A stretch of 64,000 nucleotides of DNA. Source: Octopus sinensis (Eukaryota). Below are positions 11,169 to 23,520 of the stretch, piece by piece. The stretch lies in contig NC_043021.1 in NCBI RefSeq assembly GCF_006345805.1, forward strand, positions 4,960,001 to 5,024,000, given 5' to 3'. A program made the position numbers and the translations under genes. The first letter of the stretch is position 1. Every line of letters starts with the position of its first letter. The notes below the pieces were generated by a model, which saw only the letters and a list, made by a program, of their open reading frames with translations, had not been told where the DNA came from and searched no databases.

Positions 11169-13151
11169 CACTCTGTCTTTCTCTTTCACTCTGTCTTTCT
11201 CTTTCACTCTGTCTTTCTCTTTCATTCTTTCTTTCTCTTTCACTCTGTCTTTCTCTTTCACTCTGTCTTCCTCTTTCACTCTGTCTTTCTCTTTCATTCT
11301 TTCTTTCTCTTTCACTCTGTCTTTCTCTTTCATTCTTTCTTTCTCTTTCACTCTGTCTTTCTTTCATTCTTTCTTTCTCTTTCACTCTGTCTTTCTCTTT
11401 CGTTCTTTCTTTCTCTTTCACTCTGTCTTTCTCTTTCATTCTTTCTTCTCTTTCACTCTGTATTCTTTCTTTCTTCTTTTTTTCTTTTCACTCTGTCTTT
11501 CTCGTCATTCTTTCTTTATCTTTAACTCTGTCTTATATTTCATTCTTTCTTTCTTTCACTCTGTCTTTCTCTTTCATTCTTTCTTCTCTTTCACTTGTCT
11601 TTCTCTTTCATTCTTCCTTTCTCTTTCACTCTGTCTTTCTCTTTCATTCTTTCTTTATCTTCCACTCTGTCTTTCTCTTTCAACTCTGTCTTTCTCTCAC
11701 TCTGTCTTTCTCTTTCATTCTTCTTTCTCTTTCACTTCTGTCTTTCTCTTTATTCTTTTCTCTTTCACTCTGTCTTTCTCTTTCAATCTTTCTTCTCTTT
11801 CACTCTGTCTTTCTCTTTCACTCTGTCTTTCTCTTTCACTCTGTCTTTCTCTTTCATTCTTTCTTTCTCTTTCCTCTGTCTTTCTCTTCATTCTTTCTTT
11901 CTCTTTCACTCTGTCTTTCTCTTTCATTCTTTCTTCTCTTTCACTCTGTTTTCTTTCACTCTGTCTTTCTCTTTCACTCTGTCTTTCTCTTTCATTCTTT
12001 TTTCTCTTTCACTCTGTTTCTCTTTCTCTTTCTTTCTCTTTCACTCTGTCTTTCTCTTTCATTCTTTCTTTCTCTTTCACTCTGTCTTTCTCTTTCATTC
12101 TTTCTTTCTCTTTCACTCTGTCTTTCTCTTTCATTCTTTCTTTCTCTTTCACTCTGTCTTTCTCTTTCATTCTTTCTTTCTCTTTCACTCTGTCTTTCTC
12201 TTTCATTCTTTCTTTCTCTTTCACTCTGTCTTTCTCTTTCACTCTGTCTTTCTCTTTCACTCTGTCTTTCTCTTTCATTCTTTTTTCTCTTTCACTCTGT
12301 ATTTCTCTTTCATTCTTTCTTTCTCTTTCACTCTGTCTTCTCTTTCACTCTGTCTTTCTCTTTCACTCTGTCTTCTCTTTCATTCTTTCTTTCTCTTTCA
12401 CACTGTCTTTTCTCTTTCACTCTGTCTTTCTCTTTCACTCTGATTCTCTTTCATTCTTTCTTCTCTTTCACTCTGTCTTTCTTTCACTCTGTCTTCTCTT
12501 TCACTCTGTCTTTCTCTTTCACTCTGTCTTTCTCTTTCACTCTGTCTTTCTCTTTCATTCTTTCTTTCTCTTTCACTCTGTCTTTCTCTTTCACTCTGTC
12601 TTTCTCTTTCACTCTGTCTTTCTCTTTCATTCTTTCTTTCTCTTTCACTCTGTCTTTCTCTTTCACTCTGTCTTTCTCTTTCACTCTGTCTTTCTCTTTC
12701 ATTCTTTCTTTCTCTTTCACTCTGTCTTTCTCTTTCATTCTTTCTTTCTCTTTCACTCTGTCTTTCTCTTTCACTCTGTCTTTCTCTTTCACTCTGTCTT
12801 TCTCTTTCATTCTTTCTTTCTCTTTCACTCTGTCTTTCTCTTTCACTCTGTCTTTCTCTTTCACTCTGTCTTTCTCTTCATTCTTTCTTTCTCTTTCACT
12901 CTGTCTTTCTCTTTCACTCTGTCTTTCTTTCACTCTGTCTTTCTCTTTCATTCTTTCTTTCTTTTCACTCTGTCTTTCTCTTTCATTCTTCTTTCTCTTT
13001 CACTCTGTCTTTCTCTTTCACTCTGTCTTTCTCTTTCACTCTGTCTTTCTCTTTCATTCTTTCTTTCTCTTTCACTCTGTCTTTCTCTTTCACTCTGTCT
13101 TTCTCTTTCACTCTGTCTTTCTCTTTCATTCTTTCTTTCTCTTTCACTCTG
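11169..13151. repeat. 18-bp CT-rich minisatellite, about 110 units of two alternating variants
   Basis: Units CACTCTGTCTTTCTCTTT and CATTCTTTCTTTCTCTTT; degenerate in the left third, homogeneous in the right half. Confidence 0.95.
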
Positions 13152-13391
13152 CATTTAACAAATTCTTCTCTTAAATTTCAAACAGTAACATCGGTGTTCC
13201 TTTTTATTTATTTTTTTACCTTATTATTATTGTTGTTGTTGTCATTATTATTATTATTATTATTGTTGTTGTTGTTGTGTTATTGTTATTATTGCGGTTT
13301 CATATGTAAGCGATTTGTTGTTTAATATTAGCTATTTTCTGTGACTGACTTCGTTTCTTTTTATATTTTTTTGCATATGTGGTATGTATAT

Positions 13392-14141
13392 CAGTTTCCG
13401 TCTACCAAATCCACTCACAAGGCTTTGGTCGGCCCGGGGCTATAGTAGAAGACACTTGCCCAAGGTGCCACGCAGTGGGACTGAACCCGGAACCATGTGG
13501 TTGGTAAGCAAGCTACTTACCACACAGCCACTCCTGCGCCTATATATATATATATATATTATATACATATAGATATATACGACGGGCTTCTTTCAGTTTC
13601 CGTCTACCAAATCCACTCACAAGGCTTTGGTCGGCCCGAGGCTATAGTAGAAGACACTTGCCCAAGGTGCCACGCAGTGGGACTGAACCCGGAACCATGT
13701 GGTTGGTAAGCAAGCTACTTACCACACAGCCACTCCTGCGCCTATATATATATATATATATATACATATAGATATATACGACGGGCTTCTTTCAGTTTCC
13801 GTCTACCAAATCCACTCACAAGGCTTTGGTCGGCCCGAGGCTATAGTAGAAGACACTTGCCCAAGGTGCCACGCAGTGGGACTGAACCCGGAACCATGTG
13901 GTTGGTAAGCAAGCTACTTACCACACAGCCACTCCTGCGCCTATATATATATATATATATATACATATAGATATATACGACGGGCTTCTTTCAGTTTCCG
14001 TCTACCAAATCCACTCACAAGGCTTTGGTCGGCCCGAGGCTATAGTAGAAGACACTTGCCCAAGGTGCCACGCAGTGGGACTGAACCCGGAACCATGTGG
14101 TTGGTAAGCAAGCTACTTACCACACAGCCACTCCTGCGCCT

Positions 14142-14174
<33 letters not shown>

Positions 14175-14731
14175 CGACGGGCTTCTTTCAGTTTCCGTCT
14201 ACCAAATCCACTCACAAGGCTTTGGTCGGCCCGAGGCTATAGTAGAAGACACTTGCCCAGGTGCCACGCAGTGGGACTGAACCCGGAACCATGTGGTTGG
14301 TAAGCAAGCTACTTACCACACAGCCACTCCTGCGCCTATATACATATATATATATATATACATATATACGACGGGCTTCTTTCAGTTCCGTCTACCAAAT
14401 CCACTCACAAGACTTTGGTCGGCCCGAGGCTATAGTAGAAGCCACTTGCCCAAGGTGCCACGCAGTGGGACTGAACCCGGAACCATGTGGTTGGTAAGCA
14501 AGCTACTTACCACACAGCCACTCCTGCGCCTATATATATATATATATATATACATATAGATATATACGACGGGCTTCTTTCAGTTTCCGTCTACCAAATC
14601 CACTCACAAGGCTTTGGTCGGCCCGAGGCTATAGTAGAAGACACTTGCCCAGGTGCCACGCAGTGGGACTGAACCCGGAACCATGTGGCTGGTAAGCAAG
14701 CTACTTACCACACAGCCACTCCTGCGCCTAT

Positions 14732-14764
<33 letters not shown>

Positions 14765-14928
14765 CGACGGGCTTCTTTCAGTTTCCGTCTACCAAATCCA
14801 CTCACAAGGCTTTGGTCGGCCCGAGGCTATAGTAGAAGACACTTGCCCAAGGTGCCACGCAGTGGGACTGAACCCGGAACCATGTGGTTGGTAAGCAAGC
14901 TACTTACCACACAGCCACTCCTGCGCCT

Positions 14929-14961
<33 letters not shown>

Positions 14962-15326
14962 CGACGGGCTTCTTTCAGTTTCCGTCTACCAAATCCACTC
15001 ACAAGGCTTTGGTCGGCCCGAGGCTATAGTAGAAGACACTTGCCCAAGGTGCCACGCAGTGGGACTGAACCCGGAACCATGTGGTTGGTAAGCAAGCTAC
15101 TTACCACACAGCCACTCCTGCGCCTATATATATTATATATATATATACATATACATATATACGACGGGCTTCTTTCAGTTTCCGTCTACCAAATCCACTC
15201 ACAAGGCTTTGGTCGGCCCGAGGCTATAGTAGAAGACACTTGCCAAGGTGCCACGCAGTGGGACTGAACCCGGAACCATGTGGTTGGTAAGCAAGCTACT
15301 TACCACACAGCCACTCCTGCGCCTAT

Positions 15327-15359
<33 letters not shown>

Positions 15360-15528
15360 CGACGGGCTTCTTTCAGTTTCCGTCTACCAAATCCACTCAC
15401 AAGGCTTTGGTCGGCCCGAGGCGAGGCTATAGTAGAAGACACTTGCCCAAGGTGCCACGCAGTGGGACTGAACCCGGAACCATGTGGTTGGTAAGCAAGC
15501 TACTTACCACACAGCCACTCCTGCGCCT
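13392..15528 (-). repeat. Tandem array of 11 SINE family A heads (about 199-bp period) separated by TA tracts
   Basis: Each unit is the reverse complement of GGCGCAGGAGTGGCTGTGTGGTAAG...GGGTTCAGTCCCACTGCGTGGCACC...GAAGCCCGTCG. Unit ends (CCTGCGCC) lie near 13540, 13741, 13940, 14140, 14336, 14530, 14728, 14927, 15123, 15323 and 15527. Confidence 0.95.
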
Positions 15529-16637
15529 ACATATGTCTGAATTGTTTTATGCTTTTAGGATTATTTAATTGTCTTTAACTTGCTTTAGTCATAGAACCGT
15601 TTTCATGCTAAAACACTTTGAGGCACTGACTCAAAAGACTTTCGTTGGTCTGAGGCTATAGTAGAAGACACTCGCCCAAGGTGTCACACAGTAGGATTGA
15701 ACCCAGAACCATGTGGTTGGGAAGCAAGCTTTTTTTTTTTCATTTAAATGTTTTTAAAATCTGGTACCTATTCTATTGGTTTCTTTCATTTACTCTCAGA
15801 TTAAAAAGATGTGATGGGGAGTTGTGATGTGCATGCTTTTCTCTTTGTTATTCGACTTGCTTGACAAGGTGTCCAATTGCCAGACCAAACCAACACCACA
15901 TAGCCACTCACTGCCACCTCTTTTCCGACATTCACGTATATATTTGAACATATACAATGATCTTTCAATTGTTGTTGCTGTATAGCTCTAGGTAGGTCAA
16001 CTCTGATTGAGCACACGTGCGGTCAAAGATATTCCAAACATGACCATCACATCCTTTATTCAGTGTACCTCCGACTACGATATCTTAGAGGCATTCTCTC
16101 TCTCTATCTCTCTCTTTCTGTCCCCTTCTCTCTTCTTGTCTCTCGCGCTTTCTCTGTCTCCTCGTCTGTGCCCTCCTCTCCTCCGGCTCTCTCTTTCTCC
16201 CCCCCTCCCCATTAGCATCTCTGATTTTAAGACAGTAAAAGATTGGAGAGATTGAGAAATATATGGCTGTTGTTTCTAGCACTTTGAGTTCTATGCAATA
16301 TTGCCTTATGAGCATTCAGACGAACTATCTTCTAAAGTACCCTTCCCACTTCCATTCATCAAAAAACAACAACAATGATATTTATAATAGTTATTTGCTT
16401 CTCTTAACAGTATATCAGTAGTAAAATGTGTCATTACACTTGAAGTAACAACAACAACAACAACAACACTGGGATAATAGGTTTCGTACAATTAAATATT
16501 TTCTTACAAAGATATTCTCTCTGCTAATGACCTATTAACCCATTTCTTCACCTCCACTGTCATGTTAGAGCCCCAACCCACCTTCCATTTAAAAAAAAAT
16601 TATTTTCATGTTACCCTACTCACCTTTGATACTGTCT

Positions 16638-16923
16638 TGCTATCCCATAATCCTTTACCACTGCCTTGTTAGCCCACAATTCTTTACCACTGCCTTGTTA
16701 GCCCACAATTCTTTACCATTGCTTTGTTAGCCCACAATCCTTTACCACTTCCTTGTTAGCCCACAATTCTTTACCACTGCCTTGTTATCCCACAATCTTT
16801 TACCACTGCCTCGTTAGCCCACAATTCTTTACCACTGCCTTGTTAGCCCACAATTCTTTACCACTGCCTTGTTAGCCCACAATTCTTTACCACTGCCTTG
16901 TTAGCCCACAATTCTTTACCACT
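16638..16923. repeat. 29-bp minisatellite, about 10 copies
   Basis: Unit TTGTTAGCCCACAATTCTTTACCACTGCC. Confidence 0.95.
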
Positions 16924-17384
16924 AGCATGCTAGATAAAATTCTAAGTTATTATTGGTTTCAAAGTTTGGCACAATGCTGGCATTTTCAGAGGAGCGGGTA
17001 GGTTGATTGCATTGACCTCAGTGCTCCAAAGGGATGTGGGATTTGAACTCAGAATGTAAAGACTGGGTTCTATTTAATCAACTTACCCCTGTCCTCAAAA
17101 CTGCTGGCCTTGTGCCAAAATTTGAAGCCATTGTTGTTATTATTATTGAAGTGGTGAACTTGTACAATCATTAGTGCACAGTGGCAGAGGTCAGAGAAAT
17201 GTAGGTTTGGAAACAGTGAGAGGGAGAAAGAAGGTCAAAGAAACGTGGGGTGTGGATTCATTGAAGTTAGATATGAGAGGGAGTTTAGGGAAAAGGGGCA
17301 TTAGTGGAAAATAAGATAGTAAGGGATGGTGTTCAGAATGCAGGATGTATAATATTTCAATGCTTTTATAACCTTAGCAGTTCT

Positions 17385-17540
17385 TAAGAATATATTTCTT
17401 TACTGTCCACAAGGGGCTAAACATAGAGGGGACAAACAAGGACAGATAAAAGATTAAGTCGATTAAGTTGATTACAGTGGGAAACTGGTACTTTATTTAT
17501 CGACCCCGAAAGGATGAGAGGCAAAGTTGACCTCGGCTAT
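17385..17540 (-). mobile_element. 5'-truncated SINE family B
   Basis: Reverse complement of the family B 3' half. Confidence 0.85.
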
Positions 17541-17844
17541 CTTAAGAATAGCCTGGCTATGGTTTCGATAGATTTTCAAAGTAATCAAGAATCTGGAAAA
17601 GGATTTTAATAAATTAATGATTTTGTTTCCCCCTTTTTTTTTTCTGTTTTCTTTCTTTTTTTTTGCTGGAATACATATTTTTTTCCACTACAGGCACAAG
17701 GCCAGAAATTTGGGGGTGAGGGGATAGTAAATAACATCAGCCCCAGTGCTTAGTTGGTATTTGTTTTATTAACCCTGAAAGGATTCTGTTACCTGTAATT
17801 AATCATCCAATAGGAACTTTTTTCAAAATGGTAGGGTATGATAA

Positions 17845-18075
17845 GGCGGCAAGCTGGCAGAAACGTTAGCACGCCAGGCGAAATGCTTAGTGGTATTTCG
17901 TCTGCCACTGCATTCTGAGCTCAAATTCCGCCGAGGTCGACTTTGCCTTTCATCCTTTCGGGGTCAATAAATTAAGTATCAGTTACGCACTGGGGTCAAT
18001 ATAATCGACTTAATACATTTGTCTGTCCTTGTTTGTCCCCTCTGTGTTTAGCCCCTTGTGGGTAGTAAAGAAATA
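17845..18075 (+). mobile_element. Full-length SINE family B with 14-bp TSD
   Basis: Head GGCGGCAAGCTGGCAGAAACGTTAG, B box GAGCTCAAATTCC; TSD GGTAGGGTATGATA at 17830-17843 and 18076-18089. Confidence 0.92.
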
Positions 18076-18239
18076 GGTAGGGTATGATACTCTCAACACT
18101 TGCCATAAGGCCTCCTCCCTCTCTACTACAATTTCACTCGGTTGAAAGATCTTGTTTTACAAGTTACTTGGTGACCTCACCAGCGTTGTGAAGTGATTGG
18201 CATTTGGAAGAGCATCCAGTGTAGAAACCATGCCAAAGT

Positions 18240-18660
18240 AAAGAAACTTTTATATGCTGATGAGATAGTTCTCACAGCTGAATTTATAAGGGAATTAGAG
18301 AAGAATTTCCAGGTATGGAAGCTCAAGGTAGAATCAAGAAACTTGAAGGTAAACAGCAAAATCTAAGGTGCTAACAATTAAAAAAAATGCGTGCCATTTA
18401 TCGACACCTAGTTTTCTTTGTGACCACCAAATTGCTGAACGTGGCACTATGTCAAAGGCCTTCTCCAAGTAAACAAATGCCAAGTACAGGGATTTAATCT
18501 TAGTCAAGTATTTCACCTGTAGTTGTCTCACTAGGAAGAATACATTTATGATACTTCTGCTGGGTTCAAAACCAAACGACATCTCATCTAGATAAACTCT
18601 GTTTTTGATCATTTGTGCTATGACTCTCACCTCTCTTTGACCTTCATAGCATGGTCCAAT
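18240..18660. mobile_element. Rearranged RTE-type RT fragments (YADD region on +, upstream RT domains on -)
   Basis: Plus strand: LLYADEIVLTAEFIRELEKNFQVWKLKVESRNLKVN. Minus strand: LDEMSFGF...VRQLQVKY...AFVYLEKAFDIVPRSAIWWSQRKLGVDKW. Confidence 0.8.
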
Positions 18661-19824
18661 GATGCCTCTACAATTTCCTCAGCAACAGCAGCACTGACCC
18701 AGATGTTGGGGTCATATTCTATTATGAGTCTTCCTTGAGCTGAATGAATTAGTAACCATTTTCCTAAGTGTTCATACCACTGGAGAAACTATTCTATTTT
18801 AGTTTAGCTAGACTGTGCAAGAATTCTTTGATTTACCAATTATTCTTGATTTTAGCGCCTTACTATTATATTTGCTATATTATTGTTTTGGGGTGTGGGC
18901 ATGGCTGTGTGGATAAGAAATCCTCTTCACAACTTCATGGTTTCAGGTTTGATCCCAGTGGATGATACTTTGAGTGAGTGCTTTCTGCCATAGCCTTGTT
19001 TTGACCAGATCTTCACTGGCAGTTCTCGGGCCGTAAACTTACCGTTTTTAAGTCTGTTCCTTCTGTACTTAGGAGGATAATGTATGATTTGAGGAAAATT
19101 TAGCTATTACTTTCAGTAGGTCCAGCATCTATGTAGAGGCTTCCTCACCAACTTGCCTATATTTACTGTTGTTACTCCATGTAGTGGTGCCATTTGAAAT
19201 TCACCACCACTTCATAAACTCTGTTTTTGATCATTTGTGCTATGACTCTCCCCTCTCTTTGGCCTTCATAGCATGGTCCAATGATGCCTCTACAATTTCC
19301 TCAGCAGCAGCACTGACCCAGATGTTGGGGTCATATTCTATTATGAGTCTTCCTTGAGCTGAATGAATTAGTAACCGTTTTCCTACAATTGTTAAACTAC
19401 AATATTCGCAGTTATGCAGATAAAATGATCTGATTCTAAAATCTTTTAGTTAATTTCTCCAAATGTTCTGACCCCTTGATGAAAAAATATAACCTCACCC
19501 TTCTATTGTTTGCAAATTGTAGTAATGTATTAACTACAGATAACTTCATTTAACTAATTAGAAAATGTGACCACATGTCTGAACACTCATTAATTATGCA
19601 TGCTGTTTTAGAAAGGCCTTGCTGTAAGGCAGGTATAAATATAAATATAAAAACAGTGGAAAATTTTGTGATAATGTGATAAAGCTACTTTGTGTGTGTG
19701 TGTAGGTTTATTCAACTTGAATTTATTGGTATCTGATAGTTGGATATAGTTAATCAAATCCATTTAACACTGAGTGCTTTAGAGATTTCTCCCTGGATTT
19801 ATTAATCCCTTTACTTATATATAT

Positions 19825-20215
19825 AGGTGCAGGAGTGGCTGTGTGGTAAGTAGCTTGTTAACCAACCACATGGTTCCGGGTTCAGTCCCACTGCATGGCA
19901 TCTTGGGCAAGTGTCTTCTGCTATAGCCCCGGGCCGACCAATGCCTTGTGAGTGGATTTGGTAGACGGAAACTGAAAGAAGCCTGTCGTATATATGTATA
20001 TATATATATGTGTGTGTTTGTGTGTCTGTGTTTGTCCCCCTAGCATTGCTTGACAACCGATGCTGGTGTGTTTACGTCCCCGTCACTTAGCGGTTCGGCA
20101 AAAGAGACTGATAGAATAAGTACTGGGCTTACAAAGAATAAGTCCCGGGGTCGATTTGCTCGACTAAAGGTGGTGCTCCAGCATGGCCGCAGTCAAATGA
20201 CTGAAACAAATAAAA
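19825..20215 (+). mobile_element. Full-length SINE family A (tRNA-like head, internal TA/TG microsatellite, Nin-like 3' module)
   Basis: Head with A/B-box-like motifs; tail ...CATGGCCGCAGTCAAATGACTGAAACAA. Further copies at about 32230-32617(-), 33090-33480(-), 33760-34158(-), 53335-53752(-), 55800-56170(-), 57205-57620(+), 61215-61632(-) and 62165-62520(-). Confidence 0.9.
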
Positions 20216-20954
20216 TGACAGAATCATTGGCCCCTTAGACAAAATGCTCAGCAGCTTTTCATCTGGCCCTACACTTTGAGTTCATCTTTTCGGTGTTGAT
20301 GAAATAAGTACCAGTTTAGCACTGGGTTCCATGTGATTAACTAGCCCCTTGCCCCAAAATTTCAGGCATTGAGCCTATAGCAGAAAGGATTATTATAGAT
20401 TCAAATTATTTTGTCATCATAAACAAGTAGGTCTTTGTCTAACCATTAAGATAGTCTCAGCCTGTAGAAATAGCAGCCAACTTTTCTCAAATCACTCCTT
20501 ACCATACTAAAGAAAGAATAACATATTGGATATGTTGTATGGGATATGCTGTCTGCAATCAAGACAGGATGGTCACAGCTGGAATGCCTTTCATCACTAG
20601 TCTACTAAATGATGCAGGTAACCTGGACTAAACAATAAGTAAGTCTCTTCTGTTCATTTTTACATCCATTTTTCCATGCTAGCATGGGTTAGGTCAGTAG
20701 TTCTCAACCAGGGTCCACAAAAGTTTTTTTGGGGGTCCACGTTACCAAAATAGTAAATTGGGAATCTGCATTAGTATTTTAAGGGTCACTGAAAAATTTT
20801 GATTTAAATGTATTTATTTTAAGAAACAGCTCAGTATCTTTCTCTTACATTTTACATAACTCAACCCAGACAAGTGAATGTGTCAAAAAGAAAAATAAGA
20901 ATTTTGAAAGAAGTATCTCTAAAACTAGTTTTTAAACATTGAATGGCTATGGGG

Positions 20955-21335
20955 AGTTAAGTTAATTTTTTGGCCCAAAAAGCAAAAAAGCAAGGCCATG
21001 TAGGGGGACATGGAGTTATGTACAGAGAGGGTGTTCATGCAAAGAGTTCAGGCCATTTCTGGTCAAGAGAGACTTTGAACCGAGCGGTCGTCGGCATCTT
21101 CACTATCTCGTCCGGCAGCTTATTCCACGGATCTGCAACCCGGACGGAAAAAGCCCCCTCTACTTCGATTGAGATGAATCGTCGCAGATAGAGCTTTTCA
21201 GAGTGACCCCGCAGCCGACGCTCTGGAGCAGGAGAGAAGAACAGCTCTTTCGAGAGGTTACATTTTCCGCTTATGATGTTGTGAGCGAGAATGAGATCAC
21301 CCCGGCGTTGTCGATGCTATCTCCGAGTGGGGTGG
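20955..21335 (-). mobile_element. CR1-clade LINE 3' end
   Basis: Minus strand reads RRGDLILAHNIISGKCNLSKELFFSPAPERRLRGHSEKLYLRRF...FSVRVADPWNKLPDEIVKMPTTARFKVSLDQKWPELFA, followed by a 3' UTR and (TAAC)-like tail. Confidence 0.85.
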
Positions 21336-22132
21336 GACAGCAGATTAAAATAGTAATCAAAGGGATCCATAGGTAAAAAAAATGGTTGAGGACCTCTCGG
21401 TTAGTTGAGGTGCTGTTTTGCAAGTAGATGCTATTTTCGTCACAAGCGCTTATTGTTTTTCGTGTCTTAGAAGGCAGAAAGTCAGTGGATAATCCATTAA
21501 TAAGGAAATGACCGTAATGCCACTGCCTGCAGATGGAGCAATTTTCAAAAAATGTAAAACACACACTCACAACCACCATCATCATCATCATCATTTTATA
21601 TCTACCTTCCATGCTGGCATGGGTTGGAGTGTTTGGCAGGATTCAGTGAGTTGGAGGACCACATTGTGCTCGTGTTTTAGTTTTGGACTGGTTTCTATAG
21701 CTGGATGCCTTTCCTAATGCCAACCATTCTGCAGTGTATTGAGTGCATTTTTTGTTGCACCATCAGCAAGACTACAGAGCCCTTTCAAGCCTTGTACCAT
21801 TGCACCCTGAATAAATTACTAATCACAGAGTGTACTAGATCCTTTTTTATGGCACTGATACTGTCAGGGGTCACTGTGTAACTTGCAAAGTGAAAGAGCT
21901 GACCCCACGCCCCCTGATGGATGGAAGAGTTTAAATGTGAGAGGAAGACAATGAGGAGAATAACACAGGGTACAGTGTTGGGGTAGAAATAGAGGGGACA
22001 GAAAATGAAAAAGGGAAGAGTAATGTGAAGAAGAGGGAGGAGATAAAGTGGTTAAAATGAAAGGATGGGCTGTTCAGGTGGACTCACTGGCTGGGTGGGT
22101 CAGGCTCTCTCCTCTACCAGCATGGTCTAGAT

Positions 22133-22560
22133 CAGTGTTTCTCGACCACTTTTTACCTATGGACACCCCTTTAATTTCTATTTTGTTCAGATGGATCCTC
22201 CTAGCCATTCAGTGTTTTAAAAATCATGTGTTTTTATAATTAGGCATTATTAGGAATTCATCATCATCATCTTCATCGTTCAGCGTCCGCTTTCCATGCT
22301 AGCATGGGTTGGATGGTTCAACTGGGGTCTGGGAAGCCAGAAGGCTGCACCAGGCTCCAGTCTGATCTGGCAGTATTTCTACAGCTGGATGCCCTTCCTA
22401 ACGCCAACCACTCTGTGAGTGTAGTGGGTGCTTTTTATATGCCACTAATTGTATTTAAGAAATTGTTAAAATATTTTGTGTATTGTAAAAGTATTAACCA
22501 ATTTATTGCAGATAAATTTTAACAGCAATATTCTATGTGGTCCCTGGTTGAGAACCACTA
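22133..22560. mobile_element. hAT MITE containing a nested family C SINE (about 22259-22445, -)
   Basis: Ends CAGTGTTTCTCGACC / GGTTGAGAACCACTA; TSD GTCTAGAT / GCCTAGAT. Confidence 0.75.
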
Positions 22561-22614
22561 GCCTAGATTGTTCATCATGGTCTAAGACAGTTCTCATTGA
22601 AATTACACAGGTTT

Positions 22615-22787
22615 AACCTTATTGCATTTAAACCAACCCATGTCTGGCCAAAATAGTCTATCTGCTTTATGTTCAAACTCTTACACCTACACTACAATTT
22701 TATTCTAAAATCACATTGGCAAAATCTCAAAGTAACAAGGTAATGCATGATTAATTGTCAGAGAAATTTGAATGCTAAAGGGTTAAT
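22615..22787. mobile_element. Degenerate piggyBac-like MITE (TTAA)
   Basis: TTAACCTTATTGCATTTAAACC ... AATGCTAAAGGGTTAA; homologous to 39873-40093. Confidence 0.65.
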
Positions 22788-23141
22788 GATAAGGGAAGGT
22801 GATAAGAAAGGACTAAATGAGACAGTGATAAGGAAAGGGTTAATAGGAGGCAAAGTGAAAAGTAGTGTCAGGCAGGGTGGGGTTTGAGACAGTGATAAGG
22901 GGCGGAGGAAGGTCGAGTAGGAGAGCCGTGTTGCTCTGTGTGACCTGGTTTTGGGATCTGGCAGTTAAAATGAAAATCAGTCATTTGGTAGTAAGAAGCT
23001 CTCGGGGGGGGGGGGAACTGAACAGCAGATCTTCAGACAAGAAGTCCACCTCTTATGCAAGTGTTTGGATCCTCGAGTCCTTGTTGGTTGGGTGTTGGGT
23101 TTTGGGATCTGACAGTTTAAATGGAAGTCACTCATTTGATG

Positions 23142-23520
23142 TGGGAGGCGCATGGCTCAGTGGTTAGAGCGTCAGGCTCACAATCGTTAAGGTAGTGAGT
23201 TCAATTCCCAGACTGGGCTGTGTGTTGTGTTTTTTTTTAATTTTTATTTTATCTAGTTTCAGCTCACGAGCTGTGGCCATGCTGGGGCACTTGAGTAAAA
23301 TACTTTACTTCACATTGCTCCAGTTCACTCAGCCGTAGAAATGAGTTGCGGTGTCATTGGTGCCAAGCTGTATCGGCCTTTGCCTTTCCCTTGGATAATA
23401 TCGGTGACAGGGAAGAGGGGCCGGCTGGTCTTCTATAAACGACCTTGCCCAGACTTGTGCCTTGGAGGGGAACTTTCTAGGTGCAATCCCATGGTCATTC
23501 ATGACCAAAGGGGGTCCTTT
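23142..23520 (+). mobile_element. tRNA-derived SINE with a Meta-like central domain, interrupted by a short insertion
   Basis: Head GGAGGCGCATGGCTCAGTGGTTAGAGCG...GAGTTCAATTCCC, then TTGAGTAAAATACTTTACTTCACATTGCTCCAGTTCACTCAGCCGTAGAAATGAG. Confidence 0.65.

Noticed and set aside
11081-13174. 697, 665 and 282 aa ORFs
   Set aside because: Products of an 18-bp pyrimidine-rich minisatellite lacking stop codons; open in several frames at once.
13392-15528. CRISPR-like repeat-spacer appearance
   Set aside because: Repeats are about 165-bp SINE heads, the spacers are TA microsatellites, the context is eukaryotic, and there are no cas genes.
19825-19900. tRNA gene calls for SINE heads (also 4740-4812, 17845-17930, 23142-23215)
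   Set aside because: A/B boxes are present, but I found no complete cloverleaf, and each continues into a multi-copy SINE body.
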